NCBI RefSeq assembly: GCF_000737315.1
Contig: NZ_JMCB01000004.1
Location: forward strand, 20,001 to 268,000
Direction: 5' to 3'
DNA from: Hyalangium minutum
GTDB lineage: Bacteria; Myxococcota; Myxococcia; Myxococcales; Myxococcaceae
Length of the DNA stretch: 248,000 nucleotides
The notes below the pieces were generated by a model, which was not told where the DNA came from, did not search any database, and saw only the letters and a list, made by a program, of their open reading frames with translations. Each line of letters opens with the position of its first letter. Within the stretch, counting starts at the first letter, position 1. The position numbers and the translations under genes were made by a program. Shown here piece by piece: positions 10,729-22,122 of the stretch.

Positions 10729-12279
10729 CTACTTCGCCGCGGGGGCGTGCTGCACCGGCGGCACGTAGGGCCAGCTCTTGAGCGGTCCCTTGCCCGCGTC
10801 GCGCGAGATGTAGTCCGCGGCGATGTTGGCGCTCTCCATGATTGCGAGCAGTCCGCTGCCGGGGTGGGTGCCGCCGCCCACGAAGTACAGCCCGCTCACC
10901 TCCGTGTTCTTCACCCGAGGGCGCAGCGGCCCGAGCTGGTCCATGGTGTGGGCCAGGTTGAAGACGGCGCCGCGGAACACGTTGAAGTCATCCCGCCAGG
11001 TCTCCGCGGTCCAGGAGCGCCGGGCGCGGATGTGCTTGGTGATGTCGTGGATGCCCACCTTGGTGAGCAGCTCGGGGACGCGCTCGTTGAGTATCCGCTC
11101 GGCCTGCTTGAAGTCCACCGGGTGGCCGGTGTGGGGCGTGGGGATCGTGACGTAGAGCGTGGAGTGTCCCGGCGGCGCGACGGAGGGATCCGTGACGCAC
11201 GGGTTGCAGACGTAGAAGGGCGGATCCTCGGTGTCCACCGTCGTGTCCTCGAGCTTCGCGAGATCGTTCTTCAGGCCGTTGGCGGAGAAGGAGATCTGGT
11301 GGTGAGGCACGTCATAGACGCGATCCAGGCCCAGGTAGAGCATGAAGAGGCTGGGCGAGTACCGGGCCTTGTCCAGGAAGCCATCGGTCATGCGGCCCTT
11401 GCGCCAGCGCGCGTCCAGGAGGTTCTTGGCGGCGTAGGGCAGATCCGCGTTGACGACCACGGTGTCTGCCTTCAGGCGCTCGCCCGAGCTCAGCTCCACG
11501 CCGCGCGCCTTGCCCTCTTCGACCCAGATGCGGGAGACGGGCGTGCCCATCCGGAACTCCACGCCCAGATCCTGCGCGCACTTCATCATCCCTTGCGCCA
11601 TCGCACGGAAGCCGCCCTTGGGGTGCCACACGCCGAAGGCCAGCTCCAGGTAGGGGACGATGGAGAAGAGGCTGGTGGCGGTGGTGGGGTGCAGCCCCAG
11701 GTACTTGGAGGAGAAGGCGAACCCGTAGGTGATGCGGTCGTCTTTGAAGTAATCGTTGAAGTGCGAGTAGAGCGTCTGCCAGGGCTTGAAGCGCAGGTTG
11801 GGTCCCCACAGCCACGGCACGATGTACCCGGGGAGCGAGTCGGCTGGGGTGGCAACGAACTTGCCGTAGATGAAGCGGTACTTCTCCTCGGCATCGGCCA
11901 CCCAGCGCTTGAGGGCTGCGGGCTTGTCGGGGCCGAAGCGGGCCAGATCCGCGGCCATGCGCTCCGTGTCGCGGAAGGAGTCCATGTACGTGCCATCCCA
12001 GAACCAGGTACGGCTCATCGGCTCCACGGGCAGCAGGGTCACATAGTCTTCGAGCCGCTTGCCGGCGCGCTCGAAGGTTTTGAAGAGGATCTCGGGGACC
12101 TGGAAGATGGTGGGCCCGGTGTCGATCGTGTACTCGTTCTGTTCGCCGAGGGTCAGGCCCTTCATGCGGCCGCCGGGGACCGGATCCTTCTCCACGACGG
12201 TCACCTTCAGCCCGAGCCCTGCCAGGTTGATGGCGGACAACAAGCCTCCGGGGCCTGCTCCGACGATGAGGACGTCCAT
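10729..12279 (-). CDS. Phytoene desaturase (CrtI) family FAD oxidoreductase
   Basis: GAGPGG FAD motif, DTGPTI, GGGTHPGSG. Confidence 0.85.
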   Translation of the reverse strand: MDVLIVGAGPGGLLSAINLAGLGLKVTVVEKDPVPGGRMKGLTLGEQNEYTIDTGPTIFQVPEILFKTFERAGKRLEDYVTLLPVEPMSRTWFWDGTYMDSFRDTERMAADLARFGPDKPAALKRWVADAEEKYRFIYGKFVATPADSLPGYIVPWLWGPNLRFKPWQTLYSHFNDYFKDDRITYGFAFSSKYLGLHPTTATSLFSIVPYLELAFGVWHPKGGFRAMAQGMMKCAQDLGVEFRMGTPVSRIWVEEGKARGVELSSGERLKADTVVVNADLPYAAKNLLDARWRKGRMTDGFLDKARYSPSLFMLYLGLDRVYDVPHHQISFSANGLKNDLAKLEDTTVDTEDPPFYVCNPCVTDPSVAPPGHSTLYVTIPTPHTGHPVDFKQAERILNERVPELLTKVGIHDITKHIRARRSWTAETWRDDFNVFRGAVFNLAHTMDQLGPLRPRVKNTEVSGLYFVGGGTHPGSGLLAIMESANIAADYISRDAGKGPLKSWPYVPPVQHAPAAK

Positions 12280-12424
12280 CTGGTTTCACCTCTCTTGGGT
12301 GCCGTTCCGCGCAGGCGCGAGGCGGCATGAGCGCCGCTCCCACGCACAGGGGATGATCGGCGCGCATCGTCACATAGTGGACGGAAGCTTGTCATCCCCG
12401 GGATTCGGGTATTAGGGGGAAATA

Positions 12425-12524
12425 GTGGCGGTAGGGCATGAGAATCGAACTCACCAGGGACCGTTCTCACGGCCCCTCACCGGTTTTGAAGACCGGGCCG
12501 GCCACCAGATCCGGAGGCCCTACC
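12425..12524 (-). tRNA. selC: tRNA-Sec (anticodon UCA)
   Basis: 8-bp acceptor GGTAGGGC/GCCCTACC, CT-TCA-AA loop, long variable arm, GTTCGA T-loop, encoded CCA. Confidence 0.93.
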
Positions 12525-12692
12525 ACGCTCGACTCTACTGCCCGGCCAATGCCCCTCCGTCAACGATGCGCTCGATAAGAAAGCGCTGTCAGATCCAGAG
12601 GTGTTTGACGCATAAAGCCACAAATTGAAAAGGCAGTTTTGCGCTCCCACGCATAATTTTATGCGGTGATGGCAAAAGGTGGCATGAGTTTT

Positions 12693-12718
12693 TGAATGCG
12701 CTTTCATAAAGCGCTTTA
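12693..12718. promoter_or_regulatory. Tandem LacI-type operator-like palindromes
   Basis: TGAATGCGCTTTCA followed by TAAAGCGCTTTA in an AT-rich promoter region. Confidence 0.4.
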
Positions 12719-12911
12719 CTCCCTGGAAAAGACGCTTTACACTCGGTTCCAGAAAAGTGCCGAAGGGTCTCCTGCCGTTGGAATGACCTGGGCTGCGTTG
12801 CGCCCTGTGAGTCTGTCTTCAGAGGCACGGTTCCAAGCGCTGCATTGCGTCAGTTGACTCAACCCTTGATCGGCTCCGGGGCTGGATCTCCATGGGCCGA
12901 GAAGGAAGGCC

Positions 12912-15188
12912 ATGATCCATAAATCGTTGGGAGTCGCCGTCGTGTTGCTGATGGGCATCCTGGGAGCGGGCGAGAGCCTCGCCGCGCCCACCTATGGAGC
13001 CCAGAGCTCGGGGGCCAGCTCGGCCCTCTTCTATATCAACAGCACCTCGTGGGCGGACATCCACTACCGGGTCAACAATGGGGGCCAGGTCAACGTTCGG
13101 ATGACGCTCGTGGGCTCGCAGAACCAGTACACGGTGACGGGTCTCACCAGTGGCAGCGTCGTCACCTACAACTTCACGTACTGGGACGCCGCCTGTAACT
13201 GCGCCTTCGATACCGCCACGGCCACTTATACCCATGGCTCCTCGTCGCCTCCGGACGCGGGCACGGGCACTCCCGATGCGGGCTCCGGAACTCCGGACGC
13301 GGGCACGGGCACTCCGGACGCGGGTACCGGTGGCCCTACTGGCAGCGCGGTCCCCTTGTTCAACAGCACCACCCCGCTGGAGCCGGCCCTGGTGGAGAAC
13401 ACCTCCACGGCGATCATCACCCACGTGGGCGAGCGCGTGCGCGATCGCCATGCCCGCGAGTCCCAGTTCCAGGCGTATGACCACTTCCTGGGCAAGTACT
13501 TCGTCAACCGTACCTTCTACGTCGACATCATCGACGAGGTGGCCAAGGGCGGCAGCCAGATCACCGTCAACATGCACACCGTCTACCCACACGACGGCAC
13601 GAACTTCCGCGCGTTCTTCCGGGGCCTCAACACCGTCGCGGAGTACTTCCACAACGGCACCTTCACCCGCGTGAACGACTACCTCTACACCGCCAGCGTC
13701 AACTACAACGCCAAGGAGGGGCGTGCCATCCGGGTGGGCGATCGCATGGAGATCGAGATCGGCGTCTTCCTGAAGCAACCGGTGGACGGCCGCTTCAACT
13801 ATTACTCGGGGGCGTGGCTGTACATCGTGGGCCAGGGCGGCATCGTGCCCTTCGAGGGCGTCGGCTCCACGCTCGACTCCTTCCCCCTGCCGGAGACCGC
13901 GTGGGCGGGCGGACGGACCACGCAGAACTACCCGTATTCGAACGAGCCGGCCGAGCGCTTCATGCAGATGGCGCTGAACCTGGCCCCGGTCAACACTCAG
14001 ACGTTCGTCGAGGGCCGCCGGATCCACCACACGGACTTCGGTACGGGCGCTCACTCCGAGGCGGACAACCCGGTGTTCACCGAGCAGGCGAACAAGCTGG
14101 GGAACAGCTACATCGCGCGCTCGTGCGTGGCCTGCCACGTGAACAACGGCCGCGGCCTGCCTCCTGCCACCAACACCACGCTGACCAACCTCGTGGTCAA
14201 GGTGGGCAAGCTCAGCGGCTCCACGAACGTGTCGGATCCGCAGCTGGGCGCCAAGCTGCAGCCGCGCTCTGTCAGTGGCACCCCCGAGGCGGATGTGAAG
14301 ATCACCTCGTGGACCACGACCAATGGCACTTTCTCGGATGGCACGGCCTACCAGCTGCGCAAGCCCGTCTACGCCTTCAGCAACGTCATCCCCACGAACT
14401 ACTCGGCGCGCATGACGCCGCAGCTGGTGGGCTTGGGCCTGCTGGAGGCGGTGCCCGAGAGCGCCATCTTCGCCCTGGCCGATCCCAATGACGCCAACGG
14501 CGACGGCATCTCTGGCCGCATGAGCACCGTGGTGGACCCCCAGACGGGCCAGACCCGCATGGGCCGCTTCGGCTGGAAGGCGAGCCTGGCGCGGGTGCGC
14601 CACCAGGTCGCCGATGCGCTCAATGGCGACATGGGCGTCACCACGTCCGTGTACAGGTCGCTGGACTGCGGCTCGTCCCAGCAGGGCTGCACGGGCACCA
14701 GCACAGAGCTGAGTGACGCGGACCTGGACAAGCTCGTCCGCTACATCTCTCTCTTGGGCGTCAATGCCCGGCGCAACCTCAACGACACGCAGGCGCAGCG
14801 CGGCGAGACGCTCTTCCAGAGCGCCGGCTGCTCCAAGTGCCACACGGCCAGCCTGCCTACGAGCCCCTACCACCCGAACTCCGAGCTGCGCAGCCAGACG
14901 ATCCGTCCGTACACGGATCTGCTCCTGCACGACATGGGCTCGGGGCTGGCGGACAACCTGCCGGAGGGCACGGCCTCGGGCTCCGAGTGGCGCACCGCTC
15001 CCCTGTGGAGCATCGGCTGGACGGCGGGCGTCAGCGGCGGCGAGGCCTACCTGCACGACGGCCGCGCTCGCAACCTCTCCGAGGCCATCCTCTGGCACGG
15101 CGGTGAGGGCGAGGCCTCCAAGCAGTCCTTCGTGAGGATGTCCGCTGCGGACCGGGATGCGCTGATCAAGTTCCTCCAGTCCCTGTAA
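12912..15188 (+). CDS. Secreted di-heme oxidoreductase family (DUF1111-like) protein with N-terminal carbohydrate-binding-like domain
   Basis: Signal peptide, PDAGTGT linker repeats, CVACH and CSKCH, WRTAPLW, YLHDGRAR. Confidence 0.8.
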   Translation: MIHKSLGVAVVLLMGILGAGESLAAPTYGAQSSGASSALFYINSTSWADIHYRVNNGGQVNVRMTLVGSQNQYTVTGLTSGSVVTYNFTYWDAACNCAFDTATATYTHGSSSPPDAGTGTPDAGSGTPDAGTGTPDAGTGGPTGSAVPLFNSTTPLEPALVENTSTAIITHVGERVRDRHARESQFQAYDHFLGKYFVNRTFYVDIIDEVAKGGSQITVNMHTVYPHDGTNFRAFFRGLNTVAEYFHNGTFTRVNDYLYTASVNYNAKEGRAIRVGDRMEIEIGVFLKQPVDGRFNYYSGAWLYIVGQGGIVPFEGVGSTLDSFPLPETAWAGGRTTQNYPYSNEPAERFMQMALNLAPVNTQTFVEGRRIHHTDFGTGAHSEADNPVFTEQANKLGNSYIARSCVACHVNNGRGLPPATNTTLTNLVVKVGKLSGSTNVSDPQLGAKLQPRSVSGTPEADVKITSWTTTNGTFSDGTAYQLRKPVYAFSNVIPTNYSARMTPQLVGLGLLEAVPESAIFALADPNDANGDGISGRMSTVVDPQTGQTRMGRFGWKASLARVRHQVADALNGDMGVTTSVYRSLDCGSSQQGCTGTSTELSDADLDKLVRYISLLGVNARRNLNDTQAQRGETLFQSAGCSKCHTASLPTSPYHPNSELRSQTIRPYTDLLLHDMGSGLADNLPEGTASGSEWRTAPLWSIGWTAGVSGGEAYLHDGRARNLSEAILWHGGEGEASKQSFVRMSAADRDALIKFLQSL

Positions 15189-15208
15189 CGCGCGCTGGAG
15201 GCAGCTCC

Positions 15209-15243
15209 GGGGACCGCGTCACCACGCGGTCCCCTTTTTATTT
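15209..15243 (+). terminator. Rho-independent terminator
   Basis: GGGGACCGCGT/ACGCGGTCCCC stem then TTTTTATTT. Confidence 0.85.
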
Positions 15244-15263
15244 GCGGGAGAGGGCTGCGCTGC

Positions 15264-16349
15264 TCAGTCCAGCCCGCGCTCCCAGAGGTCGTCCTCGTCC
15301 AGCCCCACGAGGTGCCCCACCTCGTGCATCACGGTGATGCCGATCTGCTCGATCAGCTCCTCGCGCGTCTTCGCGAAGCGCTCCAGGTTCCTCTGGTACA
15401 GCACGATCGCCGCCGGGAAGTGATCGTACGCGTTCGTCACGCTCCGCTCGCCCACCGGCGTTCCCCGGAACACCCCCAGGATGCATGGCGACAGGGGAGG
15501 GGTCTGATCCATCAGCTCTTCATCCGACGGGATGTCCTCCACGGAGATCGTCACGTTGTCCAGGTAGCCCTTCACGTGCTCTGGAAGCGCCTTCACCGCC
15601 GACTCGAGCGCCTGATCGAACTCCGGCTCCGCCAACGACACCGGCGGCGGGAACTCCTGCGGCGCCAACGCCTGCGCCTTCCCGAACCGCTTCTTGGCCT
15701 CCTTCGCATCCCCGCGCCGCTCCGCTATCAGCCCCAGGTAGTGGTGCGCCCAGGCCTCGTCCGGCGTGTCCTTCAGCACCTTCTCGAAGGACGCCTGCGA
15801 CTCCTTGAAGCGGCACAGCTCGAACAGCGCGATGGCTCGCTCCACCTGCGCATCGATCGAGCGCGGCATGTGCCCGAGCGCTTCCTCCAGGCTCTCCAGC
15901 GCCTGGGTGCACTCGCCCATCTGGTTCAGGCCCATCCCTTCCAAGAGGAGGAACTCGTACACATGCTCTACATCGTCCGCTCGTTCCGCCAGCTTCCGCC
16001 CACGGCCACACAGGGTGAGCCCTTCCTCCACCGCGTCGCGATCTTCTCCCATCCGGCAGAGGAGGAAGTCCGCCATCTCCAGGATCAGCTCCAGATCCTC
16101 TGGGCTCGCCTCCAAAGCCTGTTGATACGCTTGCACCGCTTCTTCCTGGCGCCCAAGCCCCGCGAGCGCTGCCGCTCGATAGTGCAGCGCCTCCGGCTGC
16201 CCTGGCGCCTCCTTCAGCAGCGCTTGTGTCTTCTCCAGCGCGCCTTCCAGATCCTCGGCGTCGAACGCCGCGGCGATCTGTTCCAGGCGCTGCTCCGAGT
16301 CCCCCGGCAATGAGCGTTTCTCCCGCTTCCCCATCATGAGCGGCCTCAT
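15264..16349 (-). CDS. TPR protein with C-terminal zincin-like metallopeptidase (DUF1025-like)
   Basis: TPR helices; HEVGH motif at C-terminus. Confidence 0.8.
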   Translation of the reverse strand: MRPLMMGKREKRSLPGDSEQRLEQIAAAFDAEDLEGALEKTQALLKEAPGQPEALHYRAAALAGLGRQEEAVQAYQQALEASPEDLELILEMADFLLCRMGEDRDAVEEGLTLCGRGRKLAERADDVEHVYEFLLLEGMGLNQMGECTQALESLEEALGHMPRSIDAQVERAIALFELCRFKESQASFEKVLKDTPDEAWAHHYLGLIAERRGDAKEAKKRFGKAQALAPQEFPPPVSLAEPEFDQALESAVKALPEHVKGYLDNVTISVEDIPSDEELMDQTPPLSPCILGVFRGTPVGERSVTNAYDHFPAAIVLYQRNLERFAKTREELIEQIGITVMHEVGHLVGLDEDDLWERGLD

Positions 16350-16436
16350 ATCCAGGTCCCTCTGTACGTTGTCAACGCAGGGAGCGGTTGTTACTTTCGC
16401 TCTTTCCCTGAGTCCCCAGGGACAGGTGTCCCTTTC

Positions 16437-16793
16437 GTGAACATCCTCGTCGTCGATGATGACCTCAGCCTGTGCGCCAGTCTCTCCCAGTTTTTGGAGG
16501 GGAACGGCTACACGGTCTATTCGGCCGGCGACGCCCTCCAGGCCTTGGACGTCATGGAGCGCCAGCCCGTGGAGCTCATCATCACCGATTATTTGATGCC
16601 CCACGTGGATGGCATCCGTTTCACCGAGATGCTCAAGGCGGATCCCCGCTTTACGGAGATCCCCGTGCTCCTCATCACCGCCTCCCCGGACGTGGCCACC
16701 ACCGACAAGGGCCTGCGCAGGGGCGTGGCCATGATGCTCCAGAAGCCGGTGGACATGGGCCAGCTCCTGACGCTGGTCCGCTTCGCCGAGTAG
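16437..16793 (+). CDS. Single-domain response regulator
   Basis: ILVVDDD, TDYLMP, QKP. Confidence 0.9.
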   Translation: MNILVVDDDLSLCASLSQFLEGNGYTVYSAGDALQALDVMERQPVELIITDYLMPHVDGIRFTEMLKADPRFTEIPVLLITASPDVATTDKGLRRGVAMMLQKPVDMGQLLTLVRFAE

Positions 16794-16869
16794 GCCCGAG
16801 GACCTTCCAGCCGTCCTACCGTCTACACCCTCGGCTTTCCGTGTTGACATCCCCCGTGCGGCCCTTATT

Positions 16870-16896
16870 TTGGCGCTCGCCGAGGCCGAGTGCTAA
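16870..16896 (+). promoter_or_regulatory. CIRCE element (HrcA operator)
   Basis: TTGGCGCTC-N9-GAGTGCTAA versus consensus TTAGCACTC-N9-GAGTGCTAA, upstream of groEL. Confidence 0.85.
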
Positions 16897-16938
16897 CGGC
16901 CCCAAATTCCCATTTCCATGTAGTTTCAGGAGGTTACG

Positions 16939-18588
<1,650 letters not shown>

Positions 18589-18676
18589 GCCGCTAGGGCT
18601 CGGGACGGCCGCTCCGGTGGCCGTCCTCGGTAGTCGGCCCCGGTGTCCTCGAGAGAGGCCCGGGGCCGTTGCTTTT

Positions 18677-20188
18677 TCAGGGCGTGCCCAGCTTCAGGGC
18701 GCGGGACAGCTCGCGGCTGAGCGCGGGCGCGTCGAAGAAGAGCCGAGGCAGGCAGGCGATGGCGCCGGCCCGCAGCGAGTCCAGCGTCGTCTCCATGGTG
18801 AGGTGCTCCACCAGGACGATGAAGGGCGCGCCCTGGGCCAGGGCCTTGCCCAGCTCCAGCGCCTTGCGGCCGTACGCCGGGGTGAAGTCCCAGCTCACCA
18901 CCACCGCCATGGGAGGCTCCATCGCGGCGATCTCCGTGGTGCTAATGAGCCGCGGCTCCAGTCCCAGGCGGGTGAGCGCCTCCATGACGGTGCGCGAGGA
19001 GGTGGCGTTGTCGTCGATGACGTCCACGCGCCGCCCGGTGGCCGTCCGGGGCTGCGCCGGAGGCGAGGCGATGGCCGCGCGGATGAGGGCACGCACCTGG
19101 CGGATGTCGTCGAAGGGCTTGAGCAGGTAGTCCATCACCCCCAGCTCCAGCGCCTCCTGCGTGGTGCCCAGCGAGGGGTAGCCCGTCATCAACAGGATGC
19201 GGGCCTGCGGGTTCATCATCCGCGCCTGCTGAGCCAGCGCCAGGCCGGACAGGCCCGGGAGGTTCTTGTCGGTGACGATGAGGTCCACGCGCTCGTTGCG
19301 CAGCAGATCGAGCGCTTCCTCGGCCGTGCCCGCCTCGAGCACCTCGAACTCCTTGCCCAGCAGGTCCCGGAAGACCATGCGGATGATGCTCTCGTCATCG
19401 ACGATGAGCACTCGCTTGCGCTGGGTGGTGGGCACCTCGACAGTTGCGGGGAAGGAGATTCGGAAGACGGTGGAAGGCGGCGGCTGGTCCGGCAGCGTGT
19501 CCGTGGGCGCCAGGCTGATCTGCGCCCGGTGTTCCTGGGCAATCCGCTTGCACACCGCGAGCCCCAGCCCCGTGCCGCGCTTGCTGCTGGAGACGTAGGG
19601 CTCGAAGATCTTCTCCCGCATCTCCCGGGGAATGCCGGGGCCCCAGTCCGCCACGTACAGGACGGGTGCGCTGCCCTCCAGCGTCAGCAGCACCTTGATG
19701 CGCCCCCGGCCGCCCATGGCGTCGCGCGCGTTGTTGAGCAGGTTGAGGGTGAGCTGCTCCAGGAGCCGGGCGTTGCCCTGAACGGTGATGGTCTCCGGGG
19801 CCTCCACCTCCAGCGAGATGCGGGCGGAGTCCGGGTTGAGCGAGAAGAGCTTGGCCGCGGCCCACACGGGGGTGGCCAGCGACAGGCGCTGCTGGGGCGC
19901 CGTCCGGTCGCTGGAGAGGCGGACGAAGTCAGAGATGATCTGCTCCATCCGCTCCACCTGGGCCAGCAGCAGCTTGAGCGGGCCTACGGTGCCGGTCTCT
20001 TCCGCCAGCAGCTGGGCGTAGGCCTTCACCCCTAGCAGGGGCTGGCGCAGCTCGTGCAGCACCTCGGCGGCCAGCTGGGTCGAGCCAGGCCCCGAGCGCT
20101 GCAGGGCCGCGGCCGCGGCCTTTGCCGTTGCCAGGTCACCAACCTCCAAGGCTTGCAGGAGATGAGCGAGCGGGGCAGGAGTCTCCAT
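18677..20188 (-). CDS. Hybrid histidine kinase with receiver domains
   Basis: HELRQP H-box, GTGLGL, receiver IVDD. Confidence 0.85.
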   Translation of the reverse strand: METPAPLAHLLQALEVGDLATAKAAAAALQRSGPGSTQLAAEVLHELRQPLLGVKAYAQLLAEETGTVGPLKLLLAQVERMEQIISDFVRLSSDRTAPQQRLSLATPVWAAAKLFSLNPDSARISLEVEAPETITVQGNARLLEQLTLNLLNNARDAMGGRGRIKVLLTLEGSAPVLYVADWGPGIPREMREKIFEPYVSSSKRGTGLGLAVCKRIAQEHRAQISLAPTDTLPDQPPPSTVFRISFPATVEVPTTQRKRVLIVDDESIIRMVFRDLLGKEFEVLEAGTAEEALDLLRNERVDLIVTDKNLPGLSGLALAQQARMMNPQARILLMTGYPSLGTTQEALELGVMDYLLKPFDDIRQVRALIRAAIASPPAQPRTATGRRVDVIDDNATSSRTVMEALTRLGLEPRLISTTEIAAMEPPMAVVVSWDFTPAYGRKALELGKALAQGAPFIVLVEHLTMETTLDSLRAGAIACLPRLFFDAPALSRELSRALKLGTP

Positions 20189-20320
20189 TCACCCCCGAGC
20201 ATGGCGGACCCTGTGTCCATGCGCAACGCAACACACGCGGAATCCGTTGACCGGAGGCCGAAGCCTGCGGATGCTGCCACCCCCGCCCGGGTCGCCCCGG
20301 CCGGGGCCCTGGAGGCTGAC

Positions 20321-20716
20321 ATGCCGCAGACCAATCCGTTCCACTCGGTGGTGCCCCCCCGCAAGCTCACGGACTCCGAGCTGGCGCGCTCCATCCGGCT
20401 CAACATCGAGGCGGAGCTGGACGCCATCAACCTCTATGCCGCCCACATCGAGGCCACGGACAATGAGGAGGCCAAGGCCATCCTCCAGCACGTGATGGAC
20501 GAGGAGCGCGAGCACGCGGCCCTCTTCTGGCAGCTCATTGCCCGGCTGGATCCCCAGCAGGCCAAGCATGATTCGGAGGCCTCGCGGAAGTACCAGCTCA
20601 TCGTCAGCGGGGCTCCGCACGAGGACGTGGAGTCGGTGGGCGAGGGCGGGGGAGGGGGCAGGGCCGCCGAGCCTCCGCTCCCCAAGCAGCTGACCGTGGG
20701 CAACTTGCGCCGCTGA
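20321..20716 (+). CDS. encC: Encapsulin cargo ferritin-like protein (EncC-like)
   Basis: EAELDAINLY and DEEREH ferroxidase motifs; C-terminal LTVGNLRR targeting peptide. Confidence 0.9.
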   Translation: MPQTNPFHSVVPPRKLTDSELARSIRLNIEAELDAINLYAAHIEATDNEEAKAILQHVMDEEREHAALFWQLIARLDPQQAKHDSEASRKYQLIVSGAPHEDVESVGEGGGGGRAAEPPLPKQLTVGNLRR

Positions 20717-20741
20717 GCTTCCGGGCGGCGAACGGGAGCGC

Positions 20742-22103
20742 CTAGCCCGCCACCTTGCGCTCGGCGGGCAGGGCCTCCTGGTCCAGCGCTGCCATGTAGA
20801 CAACATTCCGGGTGCCGCGCTTGCCGCGGTACATGGCGCGATCGGCCATGTCCAGCAGTGCGCCCTTGTCGCGCGCATGCTCGGGGAAGCTGGCCACTCC
20901 CACGCACGTCGTCAGGGAGAGGGAGATGCCCTCGCGCGGGATGAAGTGGTGGTTCTCCATGGTGCGGCGGATGCGCTCGGCCACCTTGAGGGCGCCACCC
21001 GAATCCGTGTTGCGCAGCAGCACCACGTACTCGTCCCCTCCGTAGCGGACGACCACGTCCCGCTCGCGCACGCAGCCCTTGAGCACGCGCCCCACCTCCA
21101 CCAGCAGGCGCGAGCCCACCAGGTGGCCGTGCGTGTCGTTCACGGCCTTGAAGTGGTCCAGGTCCATGAAGAGCAGGCTGAAGGGGATGTCCGTCTGCTG
21201 CGAGGCCTTCACCTCCCGGTCCAGCACCAGGTGGAGGTAGCGCATGTTGTAGAGGTGGGTGAGATCGTCCATGTAGGCCAGATCTTCCACCTCGCTGAAG
21301 CGCCCCATGTTGCGCAGCGCCATGGCGTAGTGGCGCGAGAGGAACCCGGCCACCTCGGGCACGTTCTCCGGCGGCGGGCGGGAGAAGAACAGGACGATCT
21401 GGCCCAGGGACAGGTCCGCGTCGCTCGCGGGGAAGGCGATCACGTGCTCGAAGTCCCCGGGCAGCGAGTCCAGCGAGCGGGGCGTACGGATGCCCTGGAG
21501 CTGGGAGCAGAGGATGGGCTCGAGCTCCGTCACCAGCTCGGGGGCCATGCCGTTGTGGCCATGGACCTTCAGCGGGCCGCCCTCGCGCAGCAGCAGCAAC
21601 ACGCCCTGGGCTTGCGTCTGCGCCTCGAGCGCACTGGCCACGGCCAGCGCGAGCCGCTCGCGATCCAGGGTGGTGGCGATGCGCTGCCCCATCTCCAACA
21701 GAGAGACGTACTGGCGCAGTGAGGCGTTCTCGCGCAGCAGATCCCTCGTGGTGAGGGCGCGGCGCACGGCGTGCTCGAGCGCCTCCGGGGCCACCGGCTT
21801 CACGAGGTACTCGGCCGCGCCGCTCTTGATGGCACGCACGGCGGGATCCACCTTGTCCAGGCCGGTGATGACGACCACCTCGACGCCCGGGTAGCGCTCC
21901 TTGCTGTAGCGGAGCACCTCCATGCCGTCGGTGCCAGGAAGGATCAGGTCCGTGACCACCGCGTCATAGGTGTCGGCATTGAGCGCTTCGCGGAACTCCT
22001 CGAAGCTTCCCACGGCGACGACGGTGTGGCCGGCGGCGCGCAGATAGTCCCCGTACAGGGTCCGGGCCATCTTCTCGTCGTCGACTAGCAGGATCTGCGC
22101 CAT
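20742..22103 (-). CDS. Response regulator with GAF-like region and GGDEF domain
   Basis: N-terminal receiver; RYGGDEY. Confidence 0.92.
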   Translation of the reverse strand: MAQILLVDDEKMARTLYGDYLRAAGHTVVAVGSFEEFREALNADTYDAVVTDLILPGTDGMEVLRYSKERYPGVEVVVITGLDKVDPAVRAIKSGAAEYLVKPVAPEALEHAVRRALTTRDLLRENASLRQYVSLLEMGQRIATTLDRERLALAVASALEAQTQAQGVLLLLREGGPLKVHGHNGMAPELVTELEPILCSQLQGIRTPRSLDSLPGDFEHVIAFPASDADLSLGQIVLFFSRPPPENVPEVAGFLSRHYAMALRNMGRFSEVEDLAYMDDLTHLYNMRYLHLVLDREVKASQQTDIPFSLLFMDLDHFKAVNDTHGHLVGSRLLVEVGRVLKGCVRERDVVVRYGGDEYVVLLRNTDSGGALKVAERIRRTMENHHFIPREGISLSLTTCVGVASFPEHARDKGALLDMADRAMYRGKRGTRNVVYMAALDQEALPAERKVAG

Positions 22104-22122
22104 TGTCTTCCGCTTACCATCA

